A program made the translations under genes and the position numbers. DNA of 56,979 nt, the filler included, from Dugesia japonica (Eukaryota), in the NCBI GenBank assembly GCA_001938525.1. It is 5 parts of 5 records of this genome, joined end to end, with 100 filler letters (N's around TTAATTAATTAA, not from the genome) between each part and the next. Parts side by side here need not be neighbours in the genome. Positions count along the whole stretch, not along the records: positions 20,498 to 31,569 come from MQRL01623542.1; positions 31,670 to 41,308 come from MQRL01639698.1; 3 more parts are not named here. The stretch is one strand, 5' to 3'. Shown here piece after piece: positions 26,381-38,630 of this stretch. The notes under the pieces are model-generated. The model did no database searches, was not told the origin of the DNA, and worked only from the letters and a program-made list of their open reading frames with translations. Position 1 is the first letter of the stretch. Each line of letters begins with the position of its first letter.

Positions 26381-27992
26381 AGCTTTTGGATACTTAATGT
26401 ATTTTTAAGTATTTTATAGCTTTTTTTAGAGTTTTCCAAAGTTTTATGAGTTTTATAGGGTTGTATTTGATTCATTGTTTTCATTAGATATGATAAGTTT
26501 AACTGCTTTTTAAGAGTTTCTTAAAGTAAAATGACAAAGGAATAAAAACTTGATTAACTCATACAACAATTCCTTACTTATTAACCTAATATACACATTC
26601 ATCATACATCAAAGTTTCATAATTATACAGCACTTTCTTTAAAGTATAATCAAATTTCATATAAATAGACTGATGTTCATTAAAACATACTAGATTTCAT
26701 TATTTCACAACAGATCGCTTAGGTCAAACAGTAATACACTAGATTCAATACATCATAGACTAATCATAGAAGAAGGAACAGTGGCGAAGATTCCATGGAG
26801 GTGTGAATATACAAAGAACAAGAGGATACAAACAGAAGGATCATGGTTCATTTTCTTAAAAAAATATTTTAAACGAAATGTTTTCTGTTTTTATTATCTG
26901 TTTTGTGTTTTATTGATATATTTAAAGACATTTTATTATAAAATCATAAAATATGGAAGCTATGGAAGTAGATGACACTGTAAATGATTGGTTGGAAAAC
27001 ATCTATGATCAAAAAGGTTTTAATATTATTTAATTTCATTGTTGTCAATTTTTCATTAGAAATAATAAGAAACATTTTAGAGGAGCAATTCATAAATGAT
27101 TTATTTATATACTGGACTACTAAAATTTACTGGGAAACGATATATGAAAGGATAGGATTTGAAATTGATGTCGTAATCAAAAGATATCTTTCATATCCTT
27201 TTTGATATGTTTATTCATGTAATCAGTGTAAAAAATCTATTTTGAAGCATGTTATTGAAAAATACCTTGAAGATATAAATCGTATACTTGAATAAAGCTT
27301 GATAAAATGTCTAGCGTTTCTATTAAAATGGGAAGTTCTACCAAACCCGGCTTATTTTTCCAGACATAGCCCCGTCAGATTTTCACTTATTTCGTTCTAT
27401 GCAGCACAGTCATTTGGGTACACGATTCAGGAATATTGAAGAGGCAAGAAAGGTTAACAGCAACTTCATTCAATCCAAGAGCAAAGACTTCTTTCATAAG
27501 GGTATTCATCTTTTACCTGAAAGATGGGTAAAAGTTGTGAATAACGATGCAAAATATTTTGATTGAATGTACTGTGTTATTTGTAATAATATTGTTGGGG
27601 CGAAACAACCAGTCAAGGAGGAAATAAGATAATCACCACCAACAAGTACCCTAAAGAGAAAAGGGAATAATACGGTATTACCACAAAAGAAAACAAATAC
27701 CAAAACGAAATCAGGTTGTAAATTAATGATGAAAGGAACAATCTAAGAAAAGCTGATAAATGCGTACTCAGATAATCAAATAAAGGAAATTACTGAATTG
27801 TTATTTAAAAGCGGGAAAATGATTAAACAGAATAATTAATTATAAAGAAAAATATAAATTAATTAAAAGCTAAAATAAATTAAAATTAAATCAAAATTCA
27901 TTTTGGGCGAATATCTATGCACCAGAAGATCGGAGGAGCTCAGCACAAGAAAATTTCCGAAGAAATTAGGGTCTACAAATTCCATCATGATC

Positions 27993-28330
27993 AGTAGGGG
28001 GATAGTGGCGCTCTGCTGCAATTTTTTTAAGCAGTTCTCTCGGGACCCCCCCCCCGAGGGTGGGCTTCGAAATACAATACGCTTGAGCTGCGTTTTTTTG
28101 TCCTTTAATTTTTGGCCTTTGAGTTTTGGCTTGTTTTTTTTTCTAAGATTTTTGGGATCAAAATTTTTTATCGATCGGATCAGTTTTTTTTGTTGATTGG
28201 ATCAATTTTCTTTTTTGATCAGAATTTTTTCGACGGATCAAATTTTTTTAATCTTTATTTTTACCTCTTTTTTTTAACCTTTTTTTTTAATCTTTTTCTT
28301 TTACCTTTAATCTTTTATTTTTTACCTTTT
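27993..28330 (+). mobile_element. Putative element end: terminal motif, C-run, GGATCA-Tn repeats
   Basis: AGTAGGGGGATAGTGGCGC, GGGACCCCCCCCCCGAGGG, about 5 (g)gatca-Tn units at 28155-28250. Confidence 0.55.
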
Positions 28331-29249
28331 ATTTTTAATTGTTCCTTTTTGTTTTAATAAATGGACTGTTTTGTTTTAATAATTAAACTTTTTTTTATTT
28401 TAAATAATGAAAATGGTTTGTTTTAATTAATACTAGAATTTTGTTGGTAATTGAAATTTTATTATTTTTTTTGTGAGAAGACTTTATATTTATGTATGAG
28501 ATGGGGTAGTCTTGATAATGGATGAGAAGTATTTTGGATGCGAAGTATTTATATTTTGCATAGAATAGTGGGGAAATCTTTTTAATATAATTAAATTAAA
28601 TTAAATTTAATTAAATTAAATTAATTAAATTAATTTATTTATGTATCAAATGAGACAGTCTTGATATTTTTTTTAAGATATTATTACAAGATATGGACAG
28701 TTTTGATATTTTTTAAGATAATATTACAAGACATTTATGCATGTTATAGTTAGTCTATATATTTATGCATGGTATGGGTAATCTCTATATATATGCTCAA
28801 AGGTATTTAAAGAATAAGACATTAATTTTTTTTATTATGTACATTATTTTTAATTATTATTAACTATTTTCATGCATTGTTTCAGTAACAGTCTTGTTTT
28901 CCTTCCATAGCATTACATTACATCCTCTAACATGAACAGTCTGACGAAGCGAATCCATCAAGGTCTTTAGCATCCAATTCGAGTCCGATCATAATTAAAC
29001 TTATCGATTAGCTAAGCTAAGCTCGATTACAGTATGTGCATCTCCAGTAGCAGTATTTCTATCCGTTCACATTCGGACATAATTGAACACCACTACAATT
29101 GTTTAAAAAACAATCAGTCATCATCGTCANNNNNNNNNNNNNNNNNNNNNNNNNNNNNNNNNNNNNNNNNNNNNNNNNNCAACTGTTACTTATTCAATAC
29201 ATGACATTTTTTATATTATTTAGCACATATTAGACATCTTTGACAAATT

Positions 29250-29426
29250 TTGATCATATTAATGGAACCTTTAAACATAGTTGACCATATTACTATGGAA
29301 CCTTTAAACATAATTGACCATAATAATATGGAACCTTTAAATATCATAGACGATATTACTATGGAACCTTTAAATTTCATAGACCATATTACTATGGAAC
29401 CTTTAAATATCATTGACCATATTAAT
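29250..29426. repeat. 33-bp minisatellite (ATGGAACCTTTAAAyATmrTwGACCATATTACT), at least 5 copies, runs into gap
   Basis: Directly visible 33-bp period. Confidence 0.92.
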
Positions 29427-29989
29427 NNNNNNNNNNNNNNNNNNNNNNNNNNNNNNNNNNNNNNNNNNNNNNNNNNNNNNNNNNNNNNNNNNNNNNNNNN
29501 NNNNNNNNNNNNNNNNNNNNNNNNNNNNNNNNNNNNNNNNNNNNNNNNNNNNNNNNNNNNNNNNNNNNNNNNNNNNNNNNNNNNNNNNNNNNNNNNNNNN
29601 NNNNNNNNNNNNNNNNNNNNNNNNNNNNNNNNNNNNNNNNNNNNNNNNNNNNNNNNNNNNNNGATAATATAAAATTAAGTAATCAATAATTATATTGATT
29701 TTTAAATTTCTTATTATCATAATTGTAATTTTTATAGTTATGTTAATATAAAATGAATAAAATATAAATGTTAAAATTTTTTTTTATTATTTACATGGCT
29801 ATCGAGTATTTACTTAGTTATCATTTCTAGTTTGTATTATTTACATAGTTATGTTATGTGGGAGAGGTTTATTTTAGATTATTGCTTTATTTTAGTGGTT
29901 TGAGTAGTTTAAAAAACATTTCGAGGCACGTGTTGGTGTGTTGCAATTGTGTTGAAACTAAGTTGCATAACTATTGTATTTATTTAAAA

Positions 29990-30210
29990 GAAAATTCAAA
30001 ATGGCGGCTATGTTGAGTTTAAAAAATTCTCAGACGTATGATTTTCAGTGTAGGTGTGTTGTATCTAAGTTGCATAGCTATGGCATTTATTAAAAATCAA
30101 AATGGCGGCTATGTTTGGTTTTAAAAATTCAAAATGGCGACTATGTGTAGGTTTAAAAAATCAAAATGGCGGCTATGTTTAGTTTTTAAAAATCAAAATG
30201 GTGGCCAGCT
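29990..30210 (+). promoter_or_regulatory. Cluster of YY1-like TCAAAATGGCGGC repeats
   Basis: Five copies at about 29996, 30097, 30128, 30161, 30193; function inferred only. Confidence 0.55.
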
Positions 30211-30593
30211 TGAGTTTTAAAAATTCTCAGAAGTGTGATTTTCAGTGTATGTGTGTTGCATCTGAGTTGCACCTGAATTGCATACCTATTGCATTTATTA
30301 AAATAAAAATTCCCAGGCACGTGATTTTCAGTGTATTTATGTTGCATTTAATAAAATATCTATCAAAAACAGCAAAGATAGGGGTCTTTGTGCTATTTTC
30401 ACGATAAAATATATCTATCAAAAAAACCTTTGATATTTACATGATAAAAATATATCAAAAAAGTTCAAAGAGAGGAGTCTTTGTGATATTTTCATGATAT
30501 AATATTCAAATNNNNNNNTTTTTTTACAATATGATAAAAACAGATTTTTTTTCATTAAAACCTTAACTAGGTAATTTTCCATAAAACGAGCAG

Positions 30594-30775
30594 ATTAGTG
30601 CTGCAATTTTTAATAAAAAGTAACATTAGTGTTGCACCTTTTAATAAAAAGTATCATTAGTGTTGCACCTTTTAATAAAATGTATCAATAATGTTGCACC
30701 TTTTAATAAATAGTATCATTAGTGTTGCAATTTTAAATAGAAAATCTCATTAGCGATGCAATTTCTAATAAAAAA
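30594..30775. repeat. About 30-31-bp minisatellite (ATTAGTGTTGCACCTTTTAATAAAAAGTATC), 6 copies
   Basis: Directly visible. Confidence 0.9.
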
Positions 30776-31149
30776 CATATTGGTTGAGAACATTTTGAGA
30801 ACAAATTGATTAAAACATAGGACGTTTTTTATAAAAATCAGAAATTCATGGTACCTTCCCATATATAACTAATAAACCTATATAAAAAAANNNNNNNNNN
30901 NNNNNNNNNNNNNNNNNNNNNNNNNNNNNNNNNNNNNNNNNNNNNNNNNNNNNNNNNNNNNNNNNNNNNNNNNNNNNNNNNNNNNNNNNNNNNNNNNNNN
31001 NNNNNNNNNNNNNNNNNNNNNNNNNNNNNNNNNNNAAACATGTATTGTACAAGACGCAAGGATGACGCATGCATGTTAAATATAAACAAAATAAATATTA
31101 AAATTCTTACTAAAAAAAAAGAAATGATAAAAAAACGTTTATTTAAATA

Positions 31150-31560
31150 AATACACCATGTTGATCGAATGCGGACACCCTGTCTTTTATTATCCTTGTT
31201 CATTAGTCGATTTAGATTTATTACTGCGGTGTAATGAAATCTGTTGTTTTTTTCCAGTAATGACAGATATATTTTCTCTCCATCTATCACTTTTGATCGG
31301 CGTATTATATCCAAATTTGGATGTTTTATTACTACGTCATCTTCTTCATCCTCCACTGATTCTTGATTCCATGATAGAACATTTATGGATAGTCCTGGAT
31401 TATTCTTCTCAAACTTCGGTATATCAATTAGTTTCATTGGCATATCCTCATCATCATAAGTAAGCTCCGATATGTATTTTTTATATAATGTTACATGGTT
31501 TCTATGCTTTCCTCTAACCTGATCTGTTTTTAGTGATAGCAAGAATACTGTAAATAAAAC
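31150..31560 (-). pseudogene. Second Polinton pPolB fragment (N-terminal region)
   Basis: MPMKLIDIPKFEKNNPGLSINV...IYLSLLEKNNRFHYTAVINLNRLM matches the P..I.KFE..N..SINV..LLL..HY..I.NL.RL pattern of Polinton/adintovirus pPolB. Confidence 0.75.
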
Positions 31561-31569
31561 AGTAATTAT

Positions 31570-31669
31570 NNNNNNNNNNNNNNNNNNNNNNNNNNNNNNN
31601 NNNNNNNNNNNNNTTAATTAATTAANNNNNNNNNNNNNNNNNNNNNNNNNNNNNNNNNNNNNNNNNNNN
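31570..31669. other. Artificial 100-bp contig linker
   Basis: 44 N + TTAATTAATTAA + 44 N. Confidence 0.95.
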
Positions 31670-32774
31670 CGGGCAATATTGTTTTAATAGAATGCCATTT
31701 GGCATCACAGCAGCACCAGGGACATTTCAAGAGATGATGACAAAATTGGTAGGCGGAATCAATGAAGCCATGGTTTATCTTGATGACATCCTGATATTTA
31801 CGAACAATAAAGATCAACACTATAAAGTAATTGAAAGAGTATTGACAGAAATAATGAAGGCTGGTCTAAGAATTAATCCGTAAAAGTGTCAATTTCTTCA
31901 AAGTGAAATCAAGTTTCTTGGACACATAATTAGCAAGGATAGTATTAGAACTGGTCCGCCTATAAGAATATTTGGCAAACCTAATTGTGTGAAGAAGTAA
32001 CGAAGTTTCTTGGGAATTTGAAATTATTACAGGAAATTTATAGAAAACTACGCAAAAAAATGAAGAATATTAGAGCAGTTGTGTAGCGGACCAAGCAACA
32101 AGAAATTAGAATGGACTAAATGGAATGAAATAAACGATACTTTTAAAAGTATTAAAAAATCTCTAATTACTGCACCAATATTGTGTTTTCCGGACCTAAA
32201 CCAAGAATGTATATTAGATACGGATGCCAGTTTTGATACGATTGGAGCAGTATTGTCACAGAGAGATAAAGAAGGANNNNNNNNNNNNNNNNNNNNNNNN
32301 NNNNNNNNNNNNNNNNNNNNNNNNNNNNNNNNNNNNNNNNNNNNNNNNNNNNNNNNNNNNNNNNNNNNNNNNTATTTCTGTATAAATTTCAAACATTACT
32401 TGTATGGTAGAAGATTTACTCTTAGAACAGATCACAAAGCTCTAACCTTCTTGATGACGACAAAGAAACGAATTACGTCGCAATTCCAGACATGGATTAA
32501 TTATCTGAGCAGTTTAGACATGATTTTGGAATATAGAAAAGGAACTCAACATGCTAATGCAGATACGTTATCTATACCAAGATGTGAGGTATGTGTACAA
32601 TGTCAAATGTCACATAAAGATGCCAAGAAAGGGAAGGTTAAAACGAGAAAACTGAATATAATTGAAAAGGAAAAAGAAGATCATTTAAACATTTCTGAGG
32701 AAAGAGATTTGATCAAGAAAATGAAAATTCCGGATGACAAATGTTATTATCTTATGCAATTAAAATCTTCATAA
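31670..32774 (+). mobile_element. Ty3/Gypsy RT-RNaseH remnant related to the 21905-25161 element
   Basis: MPFGITAAPGTFQ..YLDDILI; LDTDASFDTIGAVLSQ; FTLRTDHKAL; HANADTLS..CEVCVQCQ. Confidence 0.9.
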
Positions 32775-33332
32775 TTTTATAATTATTGAAAGCATTTTCA
32801 TTTGAATCCGTCGATATTTCAATTTTTTCAAATTAACTTATGTAATTTCCATTGACTAATTCAATTCCACAAAAAAAATCTATAATCCGAAAACATTTTT
32901 TTTGTTTTAATCAAAATTTTTGTTCAAACTTATTTATTTGTATAACAAGTCATTAAAAACGATTGACATTTTAAAATATTTTAGAAGAAAATTCGAGTTT
33001 TCAAGAAAACCAAAATTCATAATTACTTAACTAAAAAATATACGTTTTTTTAAAATTTCTTTTAATGGGAATTTAAGTAACTAAATTATTGTTTGATAAA
33101 TAATTTATACGAATTTAATGCCAAAATGTTTAGAAATTAAATAGAAATTTAAGGAGTTATCAATTTCTTCTTATGAGTGATGCATAATAATTTTAAAACA
33201 TTAAATTATTCTAACTATAATTTTTATTAATTTTAANNNNNNNNNNNNNNNNNNNNNNNNNNNNNNNNNNNNNNNNNNNNNNNNNNNNNNNNNNNNNNNN
33301 NNNNNNNNNNNNNNNNNNNNNNNNNNNNNNNN

Positions 33333-33369
<37 letters not shown>

Positions 33370-33403
33370 TAATAATAATAATAATAAAAATAATAATAAT
33401 AAT
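33333..33403. repeat. (AAT)n microsatellite
   Basis: Directly visible. Confidence 0.95.
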
Positions 33404-33945
33404 ATTGTGATAAAATTTAAACGCAGTCAAATACAAGTATAAAACTCAAAAATCTAGCTAAAAAAGAACATTACAGTACATGAGAAAACAAACAAGTAAT
33501 ATAGAGATTTAATTGGGGAAGTAGAATTATAATAGTAAAAGTAAATTAACTGTGATATTAAACAAAAAAATAAACAGATAAGAAAATAAGCAAAACTAAA
33601 AAATAAGAAATAAATANNNNNNNNNNNNNNNNNNNNNNNNNNNNNNNNNNNNNNNNNNNNNNNNNNNNNNNNNNNNNNNNNNNNNTTGTATCATTAAAAA
33701 CTACTCATTATATTTCATTCCCTCCCAATTTTACTTCGCCATGACCCAAAAAAGTACTTTCATTTGATTATATTCAATTCAATAGAAGTTATCCAGAAAA
33801 GTTTGTCAGTATTAAACGATGTATAAAACTTTTTTTAAACATTATTCAACTATTATACTCATAATTATAATAAATGCCACTTGTCTGTAATTATCCACAA
33901 CAAAAATTCCAAGAAATTAAGATTTTAAAAATATATCTGTTAAAT

Positions 33946-34143
33946 CCGTGGTTCTCACAAAGGCGCAGCAAGAGTTTTCCAATATTAGACATCTTCTATA
34001 AAAGTAGCAAATCCAAGGAACGAATAAAAATCCTTTGATTTATATTTGCAATTTATTGTCTCACCAAATATTAAATTAAAATGTTTTAAAATCATTTTTT
34101 TTAACAAGAAGCGTTGCGAACCAAAGACGTTTGGAAACGACTG
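33946..34143. mobile_element. Short hAT-type MITE
   Basis: CCGTGGTTCTCA / TTGGAAACGACTG imperfect TIRs; flanks TGTTAAAT / AGTTAAAC (6/8). Confidence 0.55.
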
Positions 34144-36157
34144 AGTTAAACAATATTTGGTAAATCGAAGATTAATATAAATAATAATAGAAAGTTGCAA
34201 TGTTGTAAAATAATGTTGAAATGTAAATATAATTTAATATAATGTTGACTAAGTACACTTGGTTTTTTATACATATTTTAATGAAAACTACTTCACTACA
34301 TAAAAACTAGACGATTTTATTTGATGAAAACATGGGGAAATTATGTTCAACAGAATTAATTTGATGCTCACTCTGTTCAACTTGATTTTAATTGCGTATA
34401 GAAACAAATTATCAGTAAGGCAGTTTATTAAAATATTTTAATTTTATTATAACTATTCACTGTTAAGTTTAAAAATTAAATTCAATACTAAAAAAAATTA
34501 TTGAAAAAACTAAATTAATAAATTAAATTTTATAATTTGATATAGTTTTAAAATATAAATATTTAATAATTTAGTATTCAGTTTACAAAGTGTATTTTTA
34601 AACAAAAAAAAACGCTTTTTAGAACGACTTTTAAAGTAAAGAATTTTTAATTTTACCTCATGGAAATACTTTTAATTCTGGAATAAATAATTTTATTCGA
34701 ATTTCCATTTTGTAAAGAGCATTTTTCGGGGAGAAAATAATTGAATTTTGCTAAAATTAAATTTGATTTTGTTTGATAATATATGTAAATTTACCATTTC
34801 TTTTCTTTATGAAAACATCCAATGCTAATAATTGTTCATTTTTTGCTTCTTTTATTGTTTTAGAATGAATATCAACGACTTTAAATGATAGAATGTCTTC
34901 CAATGTTTGTATTAATGGTTCAATTAAATTTAATTCACCTTTCCAAGATCTAAAAATGTGTAAATTAATTAACTAATCCATTAGAATTTCAGCAGTTTTA
35001 AAATTCTATAAGAAAATAAAAGTAATATTGAAATTATTATCTTCAATTGTCATTTGTTATGGTTATAGCTTTTTGCAGAAATATATTAGAAACTTTTGAA
35101 ATTATACTAACATTTAAATAAAAAAAAATTTTCGATCAAAAAAATGTATTTGTAAAGAAATTCTAATTGTTCACAATTGTCTTCTTCAGGAAAATGGTGA
35201 TTTCTTGATAGATTCAAAACGACAATAGATTTTTGTTACAAAATTCTTTATAATTTATCTAAATTTTATTGGTTTATTTCAATTACAATTTTTATATATT
35301 AAAGATTTTTAAATTTTTTACAATTTATAATTTCTCTTTAATTTTTTTTAGAATTTCTTCATCTTTTATGTCGTCAGAAATTTGATGAACAACCTTATAA
35401 GCAGTAGGTAAAGATATATTTTCAATTTTTCAGATATCAAAAATCAAATAGTTTTTGTCTACACCTTTCCTAATGCTTTTCAGCATATCGACCGTAATTG
35501 TTGTTCGTTGTTTTCGTATTGTAACGAGAATTGAAATGTCTTCTGAAAAATGATTCATTTTGAAAAAATAAACAAAATTATTGTAATATTAATTGTAATA
35601 TAATGATGAAAAACTTTTAATATATTCCTGCAGAAAGCTGAAATAAAAAATTACGATTTCTAGTGAATTTTTTTTATCATATTTTCTGATAATAACTAAC
35701 TAGAAAAAGCACACTAGAACTAGCTCCAGTGTAGCTGAAAATGATTTAATTAAAACTAATCTTGAAATAGTTTTAATATTATCAAATAATATTAATTTAT
35801 TCATAAATATCTAACTTAAACTAATGTAAAGGATTGTATTTTTTTATTGAAAACAATAACCATTTATTAAAACTAGAAAATGGTAAAATTTTTTATTTGT
35901 TTATATTAAAAATTGTTCAAGATTATTTTATTAATATTAATCTATTTTCAACTAGTAGTTCTTATTGTGACGTTTCTAGTTAGAATGAAAATTATTTTTC
36001 TAATGTTTTTCAATTCATTTAAAGTCAAGAAGACATTTTTTAAATGCTCACAACTTAAGTATTTATATTTTTGTTAATAAATAAACGCTTTTGATTGTAA
36101 TGAATAATTTCAAATGAAATACTCATTACTTTATAAACTTTTATGTTTAATATATTC

Positions 36158-36635
36158 TAGTGTTTCTCAACTGGTGGTCCGCCAATCAATTTAATTAATA
36201 TACTTTTGTTAACAAACAAAATGATTTAACTAAAGAGGTTGTAGCAATTAATTATTTAAATACTATTGTGTTTTTTGTAGTTAGTTTTTATGTAAACAAT
36301 TTATATTTTATGTACTTTTACAAATAAAATTAGTGTTTTAGTATTATAATCAGACTCTTCCGTACCTGTTGCTAAAACAAATTTTACTAACCAAAAAATG
36401 CTTAAGAAATTGTCAATTATTGAAATTGAAAACTTTTAAAGTATTTCTCCGCGTGGGNAGAAGGTTCCCTTCCATACATACATACTCAGTGATACAGATA
36501 AAATTTATTTTAGCAAATAACGTATTTCTTGCTAAAATTTAGAATAACACCACTAGGTATAATCATATTTAGTATCCGCGTTAGAATGTTTTACAGTTTA
36601 CTGGTCAACGGTTCGTTTTTGATTGAGAAACACTA
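36158..36635. mobile_element. hAT-type MITE
   Basis: Perfect 13-bp TIR TAGTGTTTCTCAA / TTGAGAAACACTA; TSD not evident. Confidence 0.7.
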
Positions 36636-37279
36636 TTCTAAATTATACTTCTCAACCATAGGCGCTCTCCACATATGTGCCTTGTTAAAAAATTCCCTCC
36701 TAATATTAACGGTTGCTGATCTCTGATATAAGATGTTTTAAATTAAATTTGTATAAATAATAAACAGAACAGTTATTTCAATCTTAGTAAAACCGATATC
36801 TTTTAATTTCGAAGTTTTCAGTAGGCAAATATTTCGTAATTAAAAAAAACTAAAATTAGAAATTCCTGATATGAATTTGGAAAAAATGATGACTTATAAA
36901 ACTTAATAATGGAATCAAAAAAGCTTAGATTTATCTTAAACAAAACAATTCATAAAAAACCTGTTGAATGTTTTATAAAATAACAAAAAGTAAAACGGCA
37001 TATATATAGAAAAAATGTATCCTCGTATACTTTGTAAGAAAATTTTACGCGATGAGGCACTAATAATGGACACAAATACTCGTTTTCCTTAGGAAAGTTA
37101 TCATTATCTCCATAGATGCTAGAAAATATTATGAAATTAATTGATAAAGATGCTGTCGACACTGTATCAGTAATCAGTAGTATTTATGGCGCCATTTTTC
37201 ATCTTCGTATTAAACACTTTTTTGCATATTAATTTTGACAAAGCAAATGCTTAAAAATGAATGATTACAATGAATGATT

Positions 37280-37420
37280 AGTAGTAGGTAGATAGTGGCG
37301 CATTGCCCGCACTGATTTTTCATTGAAGACCCCCCCCGGGCAAAAAATAATTTTTAAAATATGTTATAAAAAATTTCATATACAATTTAAAATAGGCTTA
37401 AAAAATTTTTTTTATAAATT
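37280..37420 (+). mobile_element. Putative element end: terminal motif plus C-run
   Basis: AGTAGTAGGTAGATAGTGGCGCA..GACCCCCCCCGGG. Confidence 0.55.
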
Positions 37421-37974
37421 TCAGAAGTTACTAATCAAATCACTAAATACTGATCTGTCGGCAGTTTATGATTTGTGTGATCAGGTTCAATATCATTCAA
37501 TTTATTCACAAAGCGTTAAAAAAATATTAAAGCATGTTTTATTTGTGTTGTTAGTGCTGAACGTAGTTTAATATATTTGGGAAACATTAAAACCACGCTA
37601 AGAACAAGAATGACAGAAAACAGATTAGTTGGATTGGCAGTACTAAAGTTCACAGATTAATTTTACTAAATATGGTAAATATAATTAAACATTTTGTTAA
37701 TACAAGAATTATATTAGATTTTGGTCTACAAATTGTAAAATATTTAATCAATAAAACAGCATAAATCCTCATTGAACTCTTAACCTAACTCTGGATTTTA
37801 AATAAATTGCTGTTAATTATTATCCCTAATTTATTTATCTTATTACTTTCAAAATAAAGAAGTTTCAATTGCATGGTGCATATATATTAGTAATATTAAC
37901 ATTGAGGTTTTTATTTAGTTTAATTATATCAAATTGCCAATTAATTTTAATATTAAAAATACCAAAATTTCCCA

Positions 37975-38630
37975 ATACTGATAATTAAAGAAAGTACGAA
38001 AATTGTAGTGATGATGTCTCGACATCAATCGTGTATCCAAGTTCGTTGNGAATTAAACAAGAAAAAAATGGAAATATTCAATATCAAGACCATCGACAAA
38101 AACTTTATAGAAACTAGAAAAGTACATGACTTGTGAGCACTGTTACTCCAGAAAATTTAGAAAATGTGCAGACGCTTATTGAAGTACCAAATCAATTCTT
38201 ATCAATTCGTATCTCAAGATATTCGACATATNNNNNNNNNNNNNNNNNNNNNNNNNNNNNNNNNNNNNNNNNNNNNNNNNNATACTGATAATTAAAGAAA
38301 GTACGAAAATTGTAGTGATGATGTCTCGACATCAATCGTGTATCCAAGTTCGTTGAGAATTAAACAAGAAAAAAATGGAAATATTCAATATCAAGACCAT
38401 CGACAAAAACTTTATAGAAACTAGAAAAGTACATGACTTNNNNNNNNNNNNNNNNNNNNNNNNNTAGAAAATGTGCAGACGCTTATTGAAGTACCAAATC
38501 AATTCTTATCAATTCGTATCTCAAGATATTCGACATATACTATTTTAAGAAAACAATTTCATTGCTTTCCTTACAATATTCAGTTCTATCAGAAAATATC
38601 TGATGAAGGCTTTCAAAATCAGAAGCTAGC
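37975..38630 (+). mobile_element. Tc1/mariner-like transposase fragment, duplicated across a gap
   Basis: VTPENLENVQTLIE..SIR..ILRKQFHCFPYNIQFYQKI; 37975-38231 repeated at 38282-38537. Confidence 0.55.

Noticed and set aside
27993-28011. Recurrent motif as a CTCF site
   Set aside because: Resembles AG(A/G)TGGCGC only partly; spacing differs and association with C-runs and arrays fits element ends better, though not excluded
29216-29720. Repetitive ORFs (MEPLNIIDHIT)n and poly-X ORFs
   Set aside because: Translation of a 33-bp minisatellite and N gaps; poly-I ORFs elsewhere are ATT microsatellites
34990-35560. Possible Tc1-like HTH remnant on minus strand (NISLPTAYKVV)
   Set aside because: Too degenerate to support without a profile search
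37975-38537. Near-identical ~255-bp tandem duplication
   Set aside because: The copies flank an N gap; most likely unmerged contig overlap
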